From Alphaproteobacteria bacterium (GTDB lineage: Bacteria > Pseudomonadota > Alphaproteobacteria > SP197), in assembly GCA_965228895.1 (NCBI GenBank), contig OZ245842.1:704001-768000 (forward strand): DNA of 64,000 nt, in the 5' to 3' direction. Positions 42,385 to 51,462 of this stretch are shown here, in pieces. Numbering within the stretch: the stretch's first letter is position 1; each line of letters starts with the position of its first letter. Under the pieces are notes generated by a model. That model had not been told where the DNA came from. It did no database searches and was given only the letters and a program-made list of their open reading frames with translations. The translations under genes were made by a program, and so were the position numbers.

Positions 42385-42876
42385 TCAGTCGGCCGCGCGC
42401 CTGCCGGCGCTATCGCTCGCCCGCATCTTTTCCGCCGCTTTCATCACGGCATCGACGATGTAGGGATAGGCGCCGCAGCGGCAGATGTTGCCGCTCATGG
42501 CGATCGCCGTTTCCTCGCGTGTCGGGTCGGGGTTTGCCGCCAGAAACGCCTTGGCGCTCATGACAAAACCGGGCGTGCAGAAGGCGCACTGAAACCCCTG
42601 TTCTTCGATGAAGGCCTCTTGGATCGGGTGCAGGTCGTCGCCTGTGCCCAGACCTTCGATGGTCTGAAGGTCGTGCTGTTCGGCCTGGTTGACGAGGACC
42701 ATGCATGAGGTGACGGGTTCGCCGTCGACCAGCACCGTGCACGAGCCGCACTCACCTTCCGAACAGGAGACGCGCACGCCAATAAGGCCGAGGTCGTTGC
42801 GCAGGACGTCGGCCAGCGTGCGGTTGGGCGCCACGTCCAACTCATGCGTCTCGCCATTGACCTTGAGTGTCGTCAT
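42385..42876 (-). CDS. Xanthine dehydrogenase family 2x[2Fe-2S] subunit
   Basis: CSEGECGSC...C, QCAFCTPG, GNICRC. Confidence 0.95.
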   Translation of the reverse strand: MTTLKVNGETHELDVAPNRTLADVLRNDLGLIGVRVSCSEGECGSCTVLVDGEPVTSCMVLVNQAEQHDLQTIEGLGTGDDLHPIQEAFIEEQGFQCAFCTPGFVMSAKAFLAANPDPTREETAIAMSGNICRCGAYPYIVDAVMKAAEKMRASDSAGRRAAD

Positions 42877-43760
42877 GTGACGTTCCCTCCGAGCTTGATA
42901 ATCGAATCGGTGAGAGCGCGCTTGACCATGACCTTGATCATGGCGCGGCGATAATCAGCGCTGGCGCGTACATCGGAGATCGGCTTGGCATCGGCCGCGG
43001 CCAGTTCGCCGGCCTTGACCAGCAAGCCGCCATCGATGTCGGAGAGGTTCGCACCCTCAAGCACCGCCTCCGCGGCGGCGGAGCGAATGATGATGGGCGC
43101 CACGGCACCGAGGGCGATACGCGTCTTCACGATATCTGATTGCGCGTCGGCCCAAACGGCGGTCGATGCGTTGACCAGCGCAATATCGACGACGGTCCGG
43201 TCGATGCGCCGATAAGATGCCTCGACGCGCTGGTCGGCGGGCAGGGGTATGACGATCTCCGAGAGCAAATCGCCGTTGGCGACGACCGTGTGGTTCACGC
43301 CCTCGAAAAAATCCTCCATGGCGACCCGGCGTTCACCCTCGGATCCAAAAATGACGGCCTCGGCATCCAAAGCGACAAAGGCCGGCGACAGATCGGCTGC
43401 CGGCGATGCGTTGCACAGATTGCCGCCGACCGTCGCGATCGATCGGGTCTGCGGCGTGCACATCAGCTTGGTGATGTCGCTTAATGTCTTGAGGTGAGGG
43501 TGATGGTCAGCGGCGTTTTCGAGCGCTGCGAGCGTCGCCATCGCGCCGACACGAATCGAATTGTCGCCGACCTCGATAAACCGCAGTTCGTCGAGGAAGG
43601 TGAGGTCGATGCAGTGGTCGAGCGACACCTCCTCGCGTTGCCACAGCAGGGTCATGTCGGTGCCACCGGCCCAGTAACGCGCGCCGTCACCCAGACTGGC
43701 GCGCATGGCCACGGCCTCCTGTAGCGAGGACGGGCGCGAATAGTCGAACTGAGAACGCAT
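42873..43760 (-). CDS. Xanthine dehydrogenase family FAD-binding subunit
   Basis: Start MRSQFDY; AGGTD, ATVGGNLCNASPAAD, PISDVRASADYR. Confidence 0.92.
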   Translation of the reverse strand: MRSQFDYSRPSSLQEAVAMRASLGDGARYWAGGTDMTLLWQREEVSLDHCIDLTFLDELRFIEVGDNSIRVGAMATLAALENAADHHPHLKTLSDITKLMCTPQTRSIATVGGNLCNASPAADLSPAFVALDAEAVIFGSEGERRVAMEDFFEGVNHTVVANGDLLSEIVIPLPADQRVEASYRRIDRTVVDIALVNASTAVWADAQSDIVKTRIALGAVAPIIIRSAAAEAVLEGANLSDIDGGLLVKAGELAAADAKPISDVRASADYRRAMIKVMVKRALTDSIIKLGGNVT

Positions 43761-43791
43761 TATCTTTCTCCCACACCGTCTCAACAGGAGA

Positions 43792-43833
43792 CGGAAAAAG
43801 GGTGCGGGCAAGGGCTGGGCCCCTTGCCCGCAC
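43792..43833 (-). terminator. Intrinsic terminator-like hairpin between the SBP gene and Mo-enzyme genes
   Basis: 13-bp stem GTGCGGGCAAGGG/CCCTTGCCCGCAC followed by a T5 run on the minus strand. Confidence 0.6.
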
Positions 43834-43845
43834 AGGGTGGTCAAC

Positions 43846-44997
43846 TCAAGGGCCGACGCGGCCGATCCACTTGTTGGAACTATACTCCTGGTCGTATCCC
43901 TCGGAGCCCAGCCATTCGATGATGCTGTTGTCGATACCGTCGGCGGCTGACACACGTTCATCCATAACGCCGGCCTCCGAATAGACATCGGCGAACAGCT
44001 CCCACGTGTCGGCGAGATAGCCGGCCTCGCAGTCAGCCTTGTCACCGACCATCTGCCCCCAGCCGCTGGCGGATGCCGGCGGCGCCGGCGCGCCTTCAGG
44101 AATGCTGGCGCACAGGGGTTCGCCGCCTTCTAGGCCGACGGCGCCCATGTTCTGGTTGATGTTCAGCATGACCGCGCCGTACTGGGTCAGGCGCACGTCC
44201 TCGACGGGCCAATCCAGACCTGCGGCGACGATCTCGTTGCCTTCATCGGGGTTTTCCTTCCACCAGTTGACGGCCTCGAACCAGGCGCGAATGACTTCGC
44301 GGGCGGTGTCCGGGTTCGCCTCGAGCCATTCCTGATTGCAGGCGATCGAGTCGGAGATCAGGCCGCGTTCCCACGTCTTGTCGGTGAAGCTGGATTTCAG
44401 CATGTGCGAATCCTCGCGCTCCAATGATTGGGTCGAGAACGGGATCCACGTGACGTCGACGTCCAGTGCGCCGCTGGCGAACGCCGCCGTCGACTCCTGG
44501 GGCAACATGATCGTGTGATTGACCTCGTCGAACGGAATACCCGCCCGTTTCAGGGTCAACAGCATCCACATGTGGTTCAAGAAGCCGTAATCAGCGGCAA
44601 ACGTGCGGCCGCGCAGGTCCGCTTCGGTCTGGATGTCATTGGAGACAACCATCTGGTCGAGGCCATAGGACATCAGCGGCACGGCGACATGCTTCACCGG
44701 CACGGCCGACGAGGCGGTAACGACCGTGTTGTCCATGGTTGTCATGATGCACTGGATCGAGTTGTTCGAGAGGCCGGCATTGCGCGCGGTCGTATCCTCG
44801 ATGATCTTGACATCGACATTGATGCCGTCGGCCAGACCCTTTTCCTTGACGATGAACCAGGGGCCGTAGACCGAGACGGAAATGATGGAGACGGTGAAGT
44901 CTTCCTCGGCATGAGGTGATGCCGTGGGGATCGTGCTGCCTGCAACGGCGAGGCAGAACGCGAGCGCCGCGGTTGGCAGCGAAAGCAAACTTCTCAT
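43846..44997 (-). CDS. ABC substrate-binding protein, NitT/TauT family
   Basis: Signal peptide; SYGLDQ, TWIPF, LISD; AAGGAGGAGG RBS. Confidence 0.85.
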   Translation of the reverse strand: MRSLLSLPTAALAFCLAVAGSTIPTASPHAEEDFTVSIISVSVYGPWFIVKEKGLADGINVDVKIIEDTTARNAGLSNNSIQCIMTTMDNTVVTASSAVPVKHVAVPLMSYGLDQMVVSNDIQTEADLRGRTFAADYGFLNHMWMLLTLKRAGIPFDEVNHTIMLPQESTAAFASGALDVDVTWIPFSTQSLEREDSHMLKSSFTDKTWERGLISDSIACNQEWLEANPDTAREVIRAWFEAVNWWKENPDEGNEIVAAGLDWPVEDVRLTQYGAVMLNINQNMGAVGLEGGEPLCASIPEGAPAPPASASGWGQMVGDKADCEAGYLADTWELFADVYSEAGVMDERVSAADGIDNSIIEWLGSEGYDQEYSSNKWIGRVGP

Positions 44998-45063
44998 GGG
45001 GTCCTCCTCCTTAGGGTCGTTTGTTGTTGGCGGGCACGCGACAACAGCACTGACACGTACCTG

Positions 45064-45873
45064 TCATTGCGCCTGAATCTCTTCGCGCATCCAGGCGAAC
45101 AGCTGGCGTTCGGTTTCGATGTAGCCGGGCTCCGCCAAGAGCTCTTCTTTCTTGGCAAAGCGCCGGCCTTGCTTGAACTCCAGCAGTATGTCCTGCTTGA
45201 TCCGGCCGGGGTTGCGCGTGAAGAAGACGATTCGATCGGCGAGATAGATCGCCTCCTGGATGTCGTGGGTCACCGCGATCACCGTCTTTTTCTCAGCCTC
45301 GATGATCTCGATCATCATTTCCTGCATTTCCCAGCGGACCTGTGCGTCGAGCGCGCCGAACGGCTCATCCATCAACAGCACCGTCGGGTTCTGCGCCAGT
45401 GTGCGGGCGATTGCGACGCGCTGTTTCATGCCGCCGGAGAGTTCGCTGGGATAGGACTTGGCCGCGTGGCCCAGGTGCACTTCCTCGAGCAACTGCTTGG
45501 CCTTTGCCTGTCGTTCTTTCTTCGGCACGCCCAAGATCTTCATGCCGTATTCGATGTTGCCGAGCGCGGTGAGCCATGGAAACGACGTATAGGCCTGGAA
45601 CACCATGCCGCGGTCGGGGCCGGGCCCGATAATCGGCTGGTCGTAGACCGTGATAGCGCCTTCCGTCGGCAGCTCGAGGCCGGCGATCATGCGCAGCATA
45701 GTCGTCTTGCCGCAGCCCGAAGGCCCGATAAAGGCGGTCACTTGGCCTTCCGGCAGGTCGAGCGTGATGTCGTCGACCGCGGTGAAGCTGCCGCCCAGAT
45801 AGCGCCGGGTGACGCCGGTAGCGCGAATGGCGACATTGTCGGTTGTTGACGTGGTGCTTGCGGGCTGCGCCAT
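45064..45873 (-). CDS. ABC ATP-binding protein, NitT/TauT family
   Basis: GPSGCGKT, LSGGMKQR, MDEPFGALD. Confidence 0.93.
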   Translation of the reverse strand: MAQPASTTSTTDNVAIRATGVTRRYLGGSFTAVDDITLDLPEGQVTAFIGPSGCGKTTMLRMIAGLELPTEGAITVYDQPIIGPGPDRGMVFQAYTSFPWLTALGNIEYGMKILGVPKKERQAKAKQLLEEVHLGHAAKSYPSELSGGMKQRVAIARTLAQNPTVLLMDEPFGALDAQVRWEMQEMMIEIIEAEKKTVIAVTHDIQEAIYLADRIVFFTRNPGRIKQDILLEFKQGRRFAKKEELLAEPGYIETERQLFAWMREEIQAQ

Positions 45874-45876
45874 GAC

Positions 45877-46785
45877 TCAACCCCGTCGCTTGCGGTTCCA
45901 GGGAAAGAAGTAGTGGGCGGCGATGCGGAAGCTGATATCGGTCAGCACGCCCAATATGCCAATCGTCAGAATGCCCGCCATGATGATGTCGACTTTCAAG
46001 AACCGCCCCGCGCGCATCATCACCGCGCCGATGCCGTCCTGGGCCGCGACAATCTCCGCGATCACAAGATAGGTCCAGCTCACCGCGATCATGTTGCGCA
46101 TGGAATCGACAATCGCCGGCGAGGCCGCGCGTACGACGACGCCCATGACGATCTGGCGCCGTGTTGCGCCCATGGTGAGCGCCGCCTCGACCAGCGCTTT
46201 CTCGACCGCCTCGGTGTTGTCCAGAATGAGGGCGACCAGAAAGAAGATGACGCCCAGAAACAGCAGCGCGAGCTTTTGCGTATCGGTCGGTCCGAACCAG
46301 ACCAGCAGCAGCGGGATGAACGAGGCCGCCGGCAAGTAGCGTGCGCCGGAAAAGATCGGGTTTATCAGCGCGCGCATGTTCGAAAAGCAGCCCATGAAGA
46401 CGCCAAGCGGAATGGCGAGCAGACAGGCGGCAAAGAAGCTTGCGAAAACGCGCGCGACCGAGATGCCGACATCGGCCATGTAGTCTTTCTCGGTGATCAG
46501 CATGACGAGCGTCGAGATGACGTGCTGCGGTGACGGCAGGAAGCGCCGGCTTTCTTCCGGTGTCAGGTAATGACCGGCTTCCCACAGCAGGAAGAACGCG
46601 GCGCCGCCGATCAGCCCGTAGATGGCCGTCTGGCGGGAGTTGACGGGGGTCAGAAGTCTAAGCGCCTGACGTCGTCTGCCGCCGGCAGGCCCATCCTTGC
46701 GCTGCGTGCCCGTGGGAACGGTGCCCGCTCTAGCGTTCTTTGCCGCGTCCACCATGCGCCCCTTGCCCCGCGTCGTCGTTGGCAT
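45877..46785 (-). CDS. ABC permease, NitT/TauT family (start uncertain, 46785 or 46755)
   Basis: FLPSP, RYLPAASFIPL, EAALTMGA, AEIVAAQDGIG. Confidence 0.88.
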   Translation of the reverse strand: MPTTTRGKGRMVDAAKNARAGTVPTGTQRKDGPAGGRRRQALRLLTPVNSRQTAIYGLIGGAAFFLLWEAGHYLTPEESRRFLPSPQHVISTLVMLITEKDYMADVGISVARVFASFFAACLLAIPLGVFMGCFSNMRALINPIFSGARYLPAASFIPLLLVWFGPTDTQKLALLFLGVIFFLVALILDNTEAVEKALVEAALTMGATRRQIVMGVVVRAASPAIVDSMRNMIAVSWTYLVIAEIVAAQDGIGAVMMRAGRFLKVDIIMAGILTIGILGVLTDISFRIAAHYFFPWNRKRRG

Positions 46786-47034
46786 CGTCTTCACGACGCC
46801 TTGGGGCAAAGACTGAACCTGCAATAACGTTCGACGAATCGCTGATTCGCTACCTATTCATTCAGCTTGGGAAATGTATTGGCTGCCCGCCAGGAATTGA
46901 AGTTACGGCCTTTGCGTGGCTTTGGCCGCCGGTTATGGCATTGCTGGACGTTCCGTAATGTACCTGGACAGCGCTCAACTCTGTCACCCGCTGTGTTGGG
47001 CTTGAGCGCTTCAGAACCAATTGACCTGTTCACT

Positions 47035-47059
47035 TCAATGTAAACCAGGTTAACATTGA
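47035..47059. promoter_or_regulatory. Near-perfect palindrome in the divergent importer-2/LysR promoter
   Basis: TCAATGTAAACC-A-GGTTAACATTGA, one mismatch. Confidence 0.5.
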
Positions 47060-47128
47060 TCTAATCGGGCATATTGCGATGCAACATCCACACGACTTTG
47101 CGGCCCGATTCGATAGCGGGGAGATGTC

Positions 47129-48058
47129 ATGGCCTTTCGCATCAGCGATGTCGATATTCGCCAACTTCATGTTTTTCGAGCTGTTGTCGAATGCCGCGGT
47201 TTCACGAGCGCGCAGTCGGTGCTGAACATCGGTCAATCGACCATCAGCAATCAAATGGCGCAGCTCGAGACGCGTCTGGGTGTTCGCCTTTGCGAACGCG
47301 GTCGGACCGGATTCGAGCTCACGCCGAAAGGCCGGCGTGTTTACGAGGAAACGCTGAAGCTGTTCCGGGCGCACGAGGATTTCCAGAACATCACGTCAGA
47401 ACTGAAAGGACGCTTGAGCGGCTATCTCAACATCGCGCTGATCGACAACGTGGCGACCGATCCGGAATGCCCGATCGTGCGAGCCCTCAACCTCTTCAAC
47501 AGCCGGGACCATGAGGTCAGCGTGCGCATGGAGATCATGCCGCCCGGCGATATCGAACGCGCGGTGCTGGATCTCGACATCGATGTTGCGATCGGGACCT
47601 TTCACCACCGGGTACCCGGACTCGACTATCGCGACATCTATATCGAAGAGAACGCACTTTTGTGCGGATATCAAAACCCGATCTTTTCGATGACCGACGA
47701 TGCCGAGATTCACGAGGCCGTGCGCACGGCGCGCAAGGTCACGCGCTCCTATCTCGATAAACACGACATCGCATCACTGGGTGAAGACGAGGGCGCGCCG
47801 TTCGCGGTCGTGCAGCATCTGGAAGCCGCAGCGATCCTCATTCTGGGCGGCGGTCATATCGGCTTTTTGCCGCGCCATCTCGCCCAGCTATGGGTGTCGC
47901 GCAACGAGATGAAACCGGTCTTGCCCTTGGAGTACGTCTACAAGTCCGTCTTCTCGATCGTGACCCGCAAGGCGCCCAGGAAGTCGATGATCCTGAAATC
48001 CTTTTTGGCCGACCTCACCGAAGCCTCGCAACTCGGTGACCAGCTTCGGGTTGCTTAG
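47129..48058 (+). CDS. LysR family regulator (paralog of 33838-34779)
   Basis: DIRQLHVFRAVVECRGFTSAQSVLNIGQSTIS...LCERGRTGF. Confidence 0.9.
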   Translation: MAFRISDVDIRQLHVFRAVVECRGFTSAQSVLNIGQSTISNQMAQLETRLGVRLCERGRTGFELTPKGRRVYEETLKLFRAHEDFQNITSELKGRLSGYLNIALIDNVATDPECPIVRALNLFNSRDHEVSVRMEIMPPGDIERAVLDLDIDVAIGTFHHRVPGLDYRDIYIEENALLCGYQNPIFSMTDDAEIHEAVRTARKVTRSYLDKHDIASLGEDEGAPFAVVQHLEAAAILILGGGHIGFLPRHLAQLWVSRNEMKPVLPLEYVYKSVFSIVTRKAPRKSMILKSFLADLTEASQLGDQLRVA

Positions 48059-48104
48059 TCCGAGGGCGTAGCGTCACAACAAGACCAGCAAGGTGGGGGT
48101 ACGC

Positions 48105-48956
48105 ATGGCCGAGCAAGGCGGATTCAAGGCGGGGTTGTCCTATTACGACTTCGGGCGCACGACGTTCCATGCGTCGCAGTTCGACCAACGATTTTCGTAT
48201 TGTCTCTACGTACCGCTCGACTATGAGGAGAACGGCTGCAAGACCTATCGCCTGGCGGTGACGATTCATGGAACCGGGCGCAATGCGGCGGGCTACCGCG
48301 ACAGCTTGTCGGACTTTGCCGACGCCAACGACTGCATCATCCTGGCGCCGCTTTTCCCTGCCGGTATCGCCAAACCAGGTGATCTCTCGGGTTACAAACT
48401 GATTGGCTCTCACGGCATTCGCTACGATCACGTGCTGCTCGCTATGATCGACGAAATCGCTGGCAAGTACCGTGTCGATGCCGAGCGCTTCTTGCTCTAC
48501 GGCTTTTCCGGCGGCGGTCATTTCAACCATCGGTTTTTCTATCTCCACCCCGAGCGGCTGCTCGGGGCCTCGATCGGTGCGCCCGGCGTTGTGACCCTGC
48601 TCGATCAAACCCGTGATTGGTGGGTCGGCGTCAGAAATCTCGAGGCGGTGTTCGGCAAGGCCCTGGACATAGACCGCATGCGCGAGGTCGCGGTCCAGAT
48701 GGTGATCGGCGATGAAGACACCGACACCTGGGAGATCACGATTCGACCCGGAAGCTCGTGGTGGATGGAGGAGGCCAACATCGCAGGCTCGACCCGGATC
48801 GACCGCATCAACGCACTGCGCGAAAGCTACGAGGACGAAGGGATCGCCGTCAGGCTGGATACCGTTCCTGGTACCGCCCACGAGCCCGATGCGGTGATTG
48901 AGCCGGTGAAACAGTTCTTTGCCGACGTGCTGCTCGGCCGCTCGGTGCGGCTCTGA
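48105..48956 (+). CDS. Alpha/beta hydrolase (poly-aspartate hydrolase / depolymerase-like)
   Basis: IHGTGR, LAPLFP, YGFSGGG, GDED, PGTAH. Confidence 0.8.
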   Translation: MAEQGGFKAGLSYYDFGRTTFHASQFDQRFSYCLYVPLDYEENGCKTYRLAVTIHGTGRNAAGYRDSLSDFADANDCIILAPLFPAGIAKPGDLSGYKLIGSHGIRYDHVLLAMIDEIAGKYRVDAERFLLYGFSGGGHFNHRFFYLHPERLLGASIGAPGVVTLLDQTRDWWVGVRNLEAVFGKALDIDRMREVAVQMVIGDEDTDTWEITIRPGSSWWMEEANIAGSTRIDRINALRESYEDEGIAVRLDTVPGTAHEPDAVIEPVKQFFADVLLGRSVRL

Positions 48957-48979
48957 CGTCTGGCCACAGGCGTGTTGCG

Positions 48980-49882
48980 TTACTCGGCCGCCCGTTCGAC
49001 CACGACGGGTCCGTCGTAATAGGGCAGGCGCTCGACGCGAGGTGTGTAGCGGCCCGACCCGATTTCGCTCCTGACATGGGCGGCAATATCATCCATGCGC
49101 GCGAACCAAACGTCGCCCTTGTCCTGCATATAAGTGATCAGACCTTCGACCGCGCGCAGCCGCGCCAGGCGCCCGGAAACGAACGGATGCCAGACGGCGA
49201 TCCACAGGCCCCCATAGTCCCACGCGGCGTCGAACTCCTCACGGAACCCGGCTATCGCCTCGGACGGTGAGCGAATCGACATCATGTAGTCGAGATCGCT
49301 CATGTGGACGTAGGGCGGCCAGTCGTCGAGCCCCCAATGGGTCGGCAGTTCGACGAGATCACCGCGATCGGACTGGATGAGATAAGGGATATCGTCGCCC
49401 ATCAAAGAGGCGTCGTAGGTGAAGCCTTCCTCCAGGAGCAGATCGAGCGTGTGGTCGGAGAAGTTATAGAGCGGCGCCCGGAAACCGCGCGGTCGCTCAC
49501 CCGTATGACGTTCGATGATCTCGATACCGCGGCGCAACCAATGCTGCTCTTCGGCGCGCGACAACTCGTTGGGGTGTTCGTGGATGTAACCGTGATGGGC
49601 GACTTCGTGGCCATCCTTGACCATCGCCGCGACGGCGTCGGGGTAACGTTCGATGCACCAAGCGGGTACATAGAACGTCTGCTTCAACTCATGACGCCGG
49701 TAAAGGTCAAGGATGCGCGGCATGGCGACGGAAGGGCCGTATCGCAGTTGGGAAAGCGCGGAGATCCTGCGATGCGCATCGCTCGGATGGGCCAGGTGCA
49801 GGATGCTGTCGGCATCCATGTCGAAGGTGAATGCGACCGCGCAACGCGCGCCGTTCGGCCATGAAACTCCGTTTTCAATCAT
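48980..49882 (-). CDS. Polysaccharide deacetylase family (CE4, H. pylori PgdA / cyclic-imide hydrolase-like)
   Basis: WPNGARCAVAFTFDMD, HGYIHE, GFRAP, DDWP, WHPFVSGR. Confidence 0.87.
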   Translation of the reverse strand: MIENGVSWPNGARCAVAFTFDMDADSILHLAHPSDAHRRISALSQLRYGPSVAMPRILDLYRRHELKQTFYVPAWCIERYPDAVAAMVKDGHEVAHHGYIHEHPNELSRAEEQHWLRRGIEIIERHTGERPRGFRAPLYNFSDHTLDLLLEEGFTYDASLMGDDIPYLIQSDRGDLVELPTHWGLDDWPPYVHMSDLDYMMSIRSPSEAIAGFREEFDAAWDYGGLWIAVWHPFVSGRLARLRAVEGLITYMQDKGDVWFARMDDIAAHVRSEIGSGRYTPRVERLPYYDGPVVVERAAE

Positions 49883-50068
49883 CGCGTCCTCTCGGCAACC
49901 GTCTTTGATACAACCTTATCGTCATGCCGTCTGAAATGCCTGACAGCACATCCACGTGGGGCAGACGACCTTAGCCGAATGCGTCCGCGTTGAAACAGGC
50001 ACTTCTTTGGATTGGCCATCTGTGTCTCGGCTATCTTGCCGCTAACGCCTGCCGACGATGGCCCACAA

Positions 50069-50953
50069 TCACAGGTCGGACGATGTGGTCAGGTCGACTT
50101 GAACGCCGTCGCGTACAAAACTGTACGTACCGTCTTTCGCATAGACGGAAAAACAGGCGTGCCGCATTCCCAACGTACCGGATAGGCAAACCCGATTGTC
50201 GTCGAAGCGATACCAGCCGTACTCCACGTCATTGAGCTGATCGGTGCTGTCCCCGCGCTTGGTATAGACAGCATGGTTGTTCTCGAAGAACACGATCTGA
50301 AAGCTCGCCCCGTCGCCGGTGTCGGTGAGCTGACCGTCATGTGTCACCCCGTCGATAGCAGTGCGTAGCTCCTCATCCAACAGCCGTGTCGCCGTCGGAT
50401 CGAGCTCGGCAGTCGGTTCCGACAGCGTGAACCAGGACGTGACCCGGTTGTCGGCATCGAGATAGCTATAGGTATCGCCGTTCTGGTAGACATCGGAACA
50501 ATCGAAATCGGCATCGTACCTGGTGCAGATCTGACCGTTCTCGAACTTCCATTCTCCGGAGTAAGACCAGGTTTCCGGGTTGTTTTCCGGCCCTGATTTG
50601 CCACGGATTCCGCCACTGACCAGGTAGTTTTCCTTGTAGTGAAGCCAGGTGTTTGAGCCGTCGTCGTAGTATTGGCCGGCGTGGACCTGACCGTCGAACA
50701 GGGCCAACAACGCATCCTCGGGCACCTTCTGCGCATCGACACTAAGCTCCGAGACGCTTGGATCGCCAAACAACTCGATCATCAGTCCCGGACCGGCAAA
50801 CGAGCCGAGGAAGTAGAGATAGAACGCCGACGGCACCAGCATCGCCAGACCAGGCGCCCAGTTCTTTCGACGCAAAATCCAATTCAGGCCTGTGAGCGCG
50901 GTGGCGATACCCGCGCCGAAGAAGACCAAAGCGATCGCCATTCCAAGCCACAT
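50069..50953 (-). CDS. Membrane protein with two N-terminal TM helices and a tandem-duplicated Cys-containing beta domain
   Basis: Two hydrophobic segments; repeats ...GEWKFENGQIC..C..VY..GDTYSY and ...GWYRFDDNRVC..C..VY..DGTYSF. Confidence 0.7.
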   Translation of the reverse strand: MWLGMAIALVFFGAGIATALTGLNWILRRKNWAPGLAMLVPSAFYLYFLGSFAGPGLMIELFGDPSVSELSVDAQKVPEDALLALFDGQVHAGQYYDDGSNTWLHYKENYLVSGGIRGKSGPENNPETWSYSGEWKFENGQICTRYDADFDCSDVYQNGDTYSYLDADNRVTSWFTLSEPTAELDPTATRLLDEELRTAIDGVTHDGQLTDTGDGASFQIVFFENNHAVYTKRGDSTDQLNDVEYGWYRFDDNRVCLSGTLGMRHACFSVYAKDGTYSFVRDGVQVDLTTSSDL

Positions 50954-51076
50954 GCGAAACCCCCTCTATAACGCACGGAATCGCGTTCATGTTCTGATGT
51001 GACAGACGCCGGAACGCTCTTACCTGATGAGGCAAAGACTGACCGTCTTCCTCGAAGCTGCTAGACTAACGCTGTT

Positions 51077-51436
51077 ATGGCAGACGACAACAGCGCTGAA
51101 GCTCGTTTTGAGGCCCGCCGGCGAGAGGCCGAACGGTTACGCGTGGCGGCCCGTTCGACGACACCGAACGCTTACAAACAGACCGAGCGTCCGGCCATTC
51201 CGGATACGGAAGTCGTCGACACGGGTGTTAATGCCCAAGAGACCTATTCGTCGTTGTTCGGCTCTTTTTCCGGCACCCGGACCCTGCGCGAGCATATTGC
51301 GAGCGCCATGATGCTGGGCGCTCAGGGATTGGCTTATCTTGGCTTGGTAGCCGTTCTCAGTCTGGCCCAATGTTCTTGGTGGTACGAACGGGGCATGTAC
51401 TCTGATCCCGATCGTATCGATTCTGTCGGCCGCTGA
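51077..51436 (+). CDS. Hypothetical membrane protein
   Basis: 119 aa ORF with one C-terminal hydrophobic segment, filling the intergenic space. Confidence 0.5.
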   Translation: MADDNSAEARFEARRREAERLRVAARSTTPNAYKQTERPAIPDTEVVDTGVNAQETYSSLFGSFSGTRTLREHIASAMMLGAQGLAYLGLVAVLSLAQCSWWYERGMYSDPDRIDSVGR

Positions 51437-51462
51437 CCCGCCGGTTCGCCGGCTCAAGGTGG

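Noticed and set aside
40019-43760. Aerobic CO dehydrogenase coxMSL
   Set aside because: Gene order fits, but the active-site loop is GCMRGVG, not AYxCSFR (form I) or AYxGAGR (form II), and no cox accessory genes are present.
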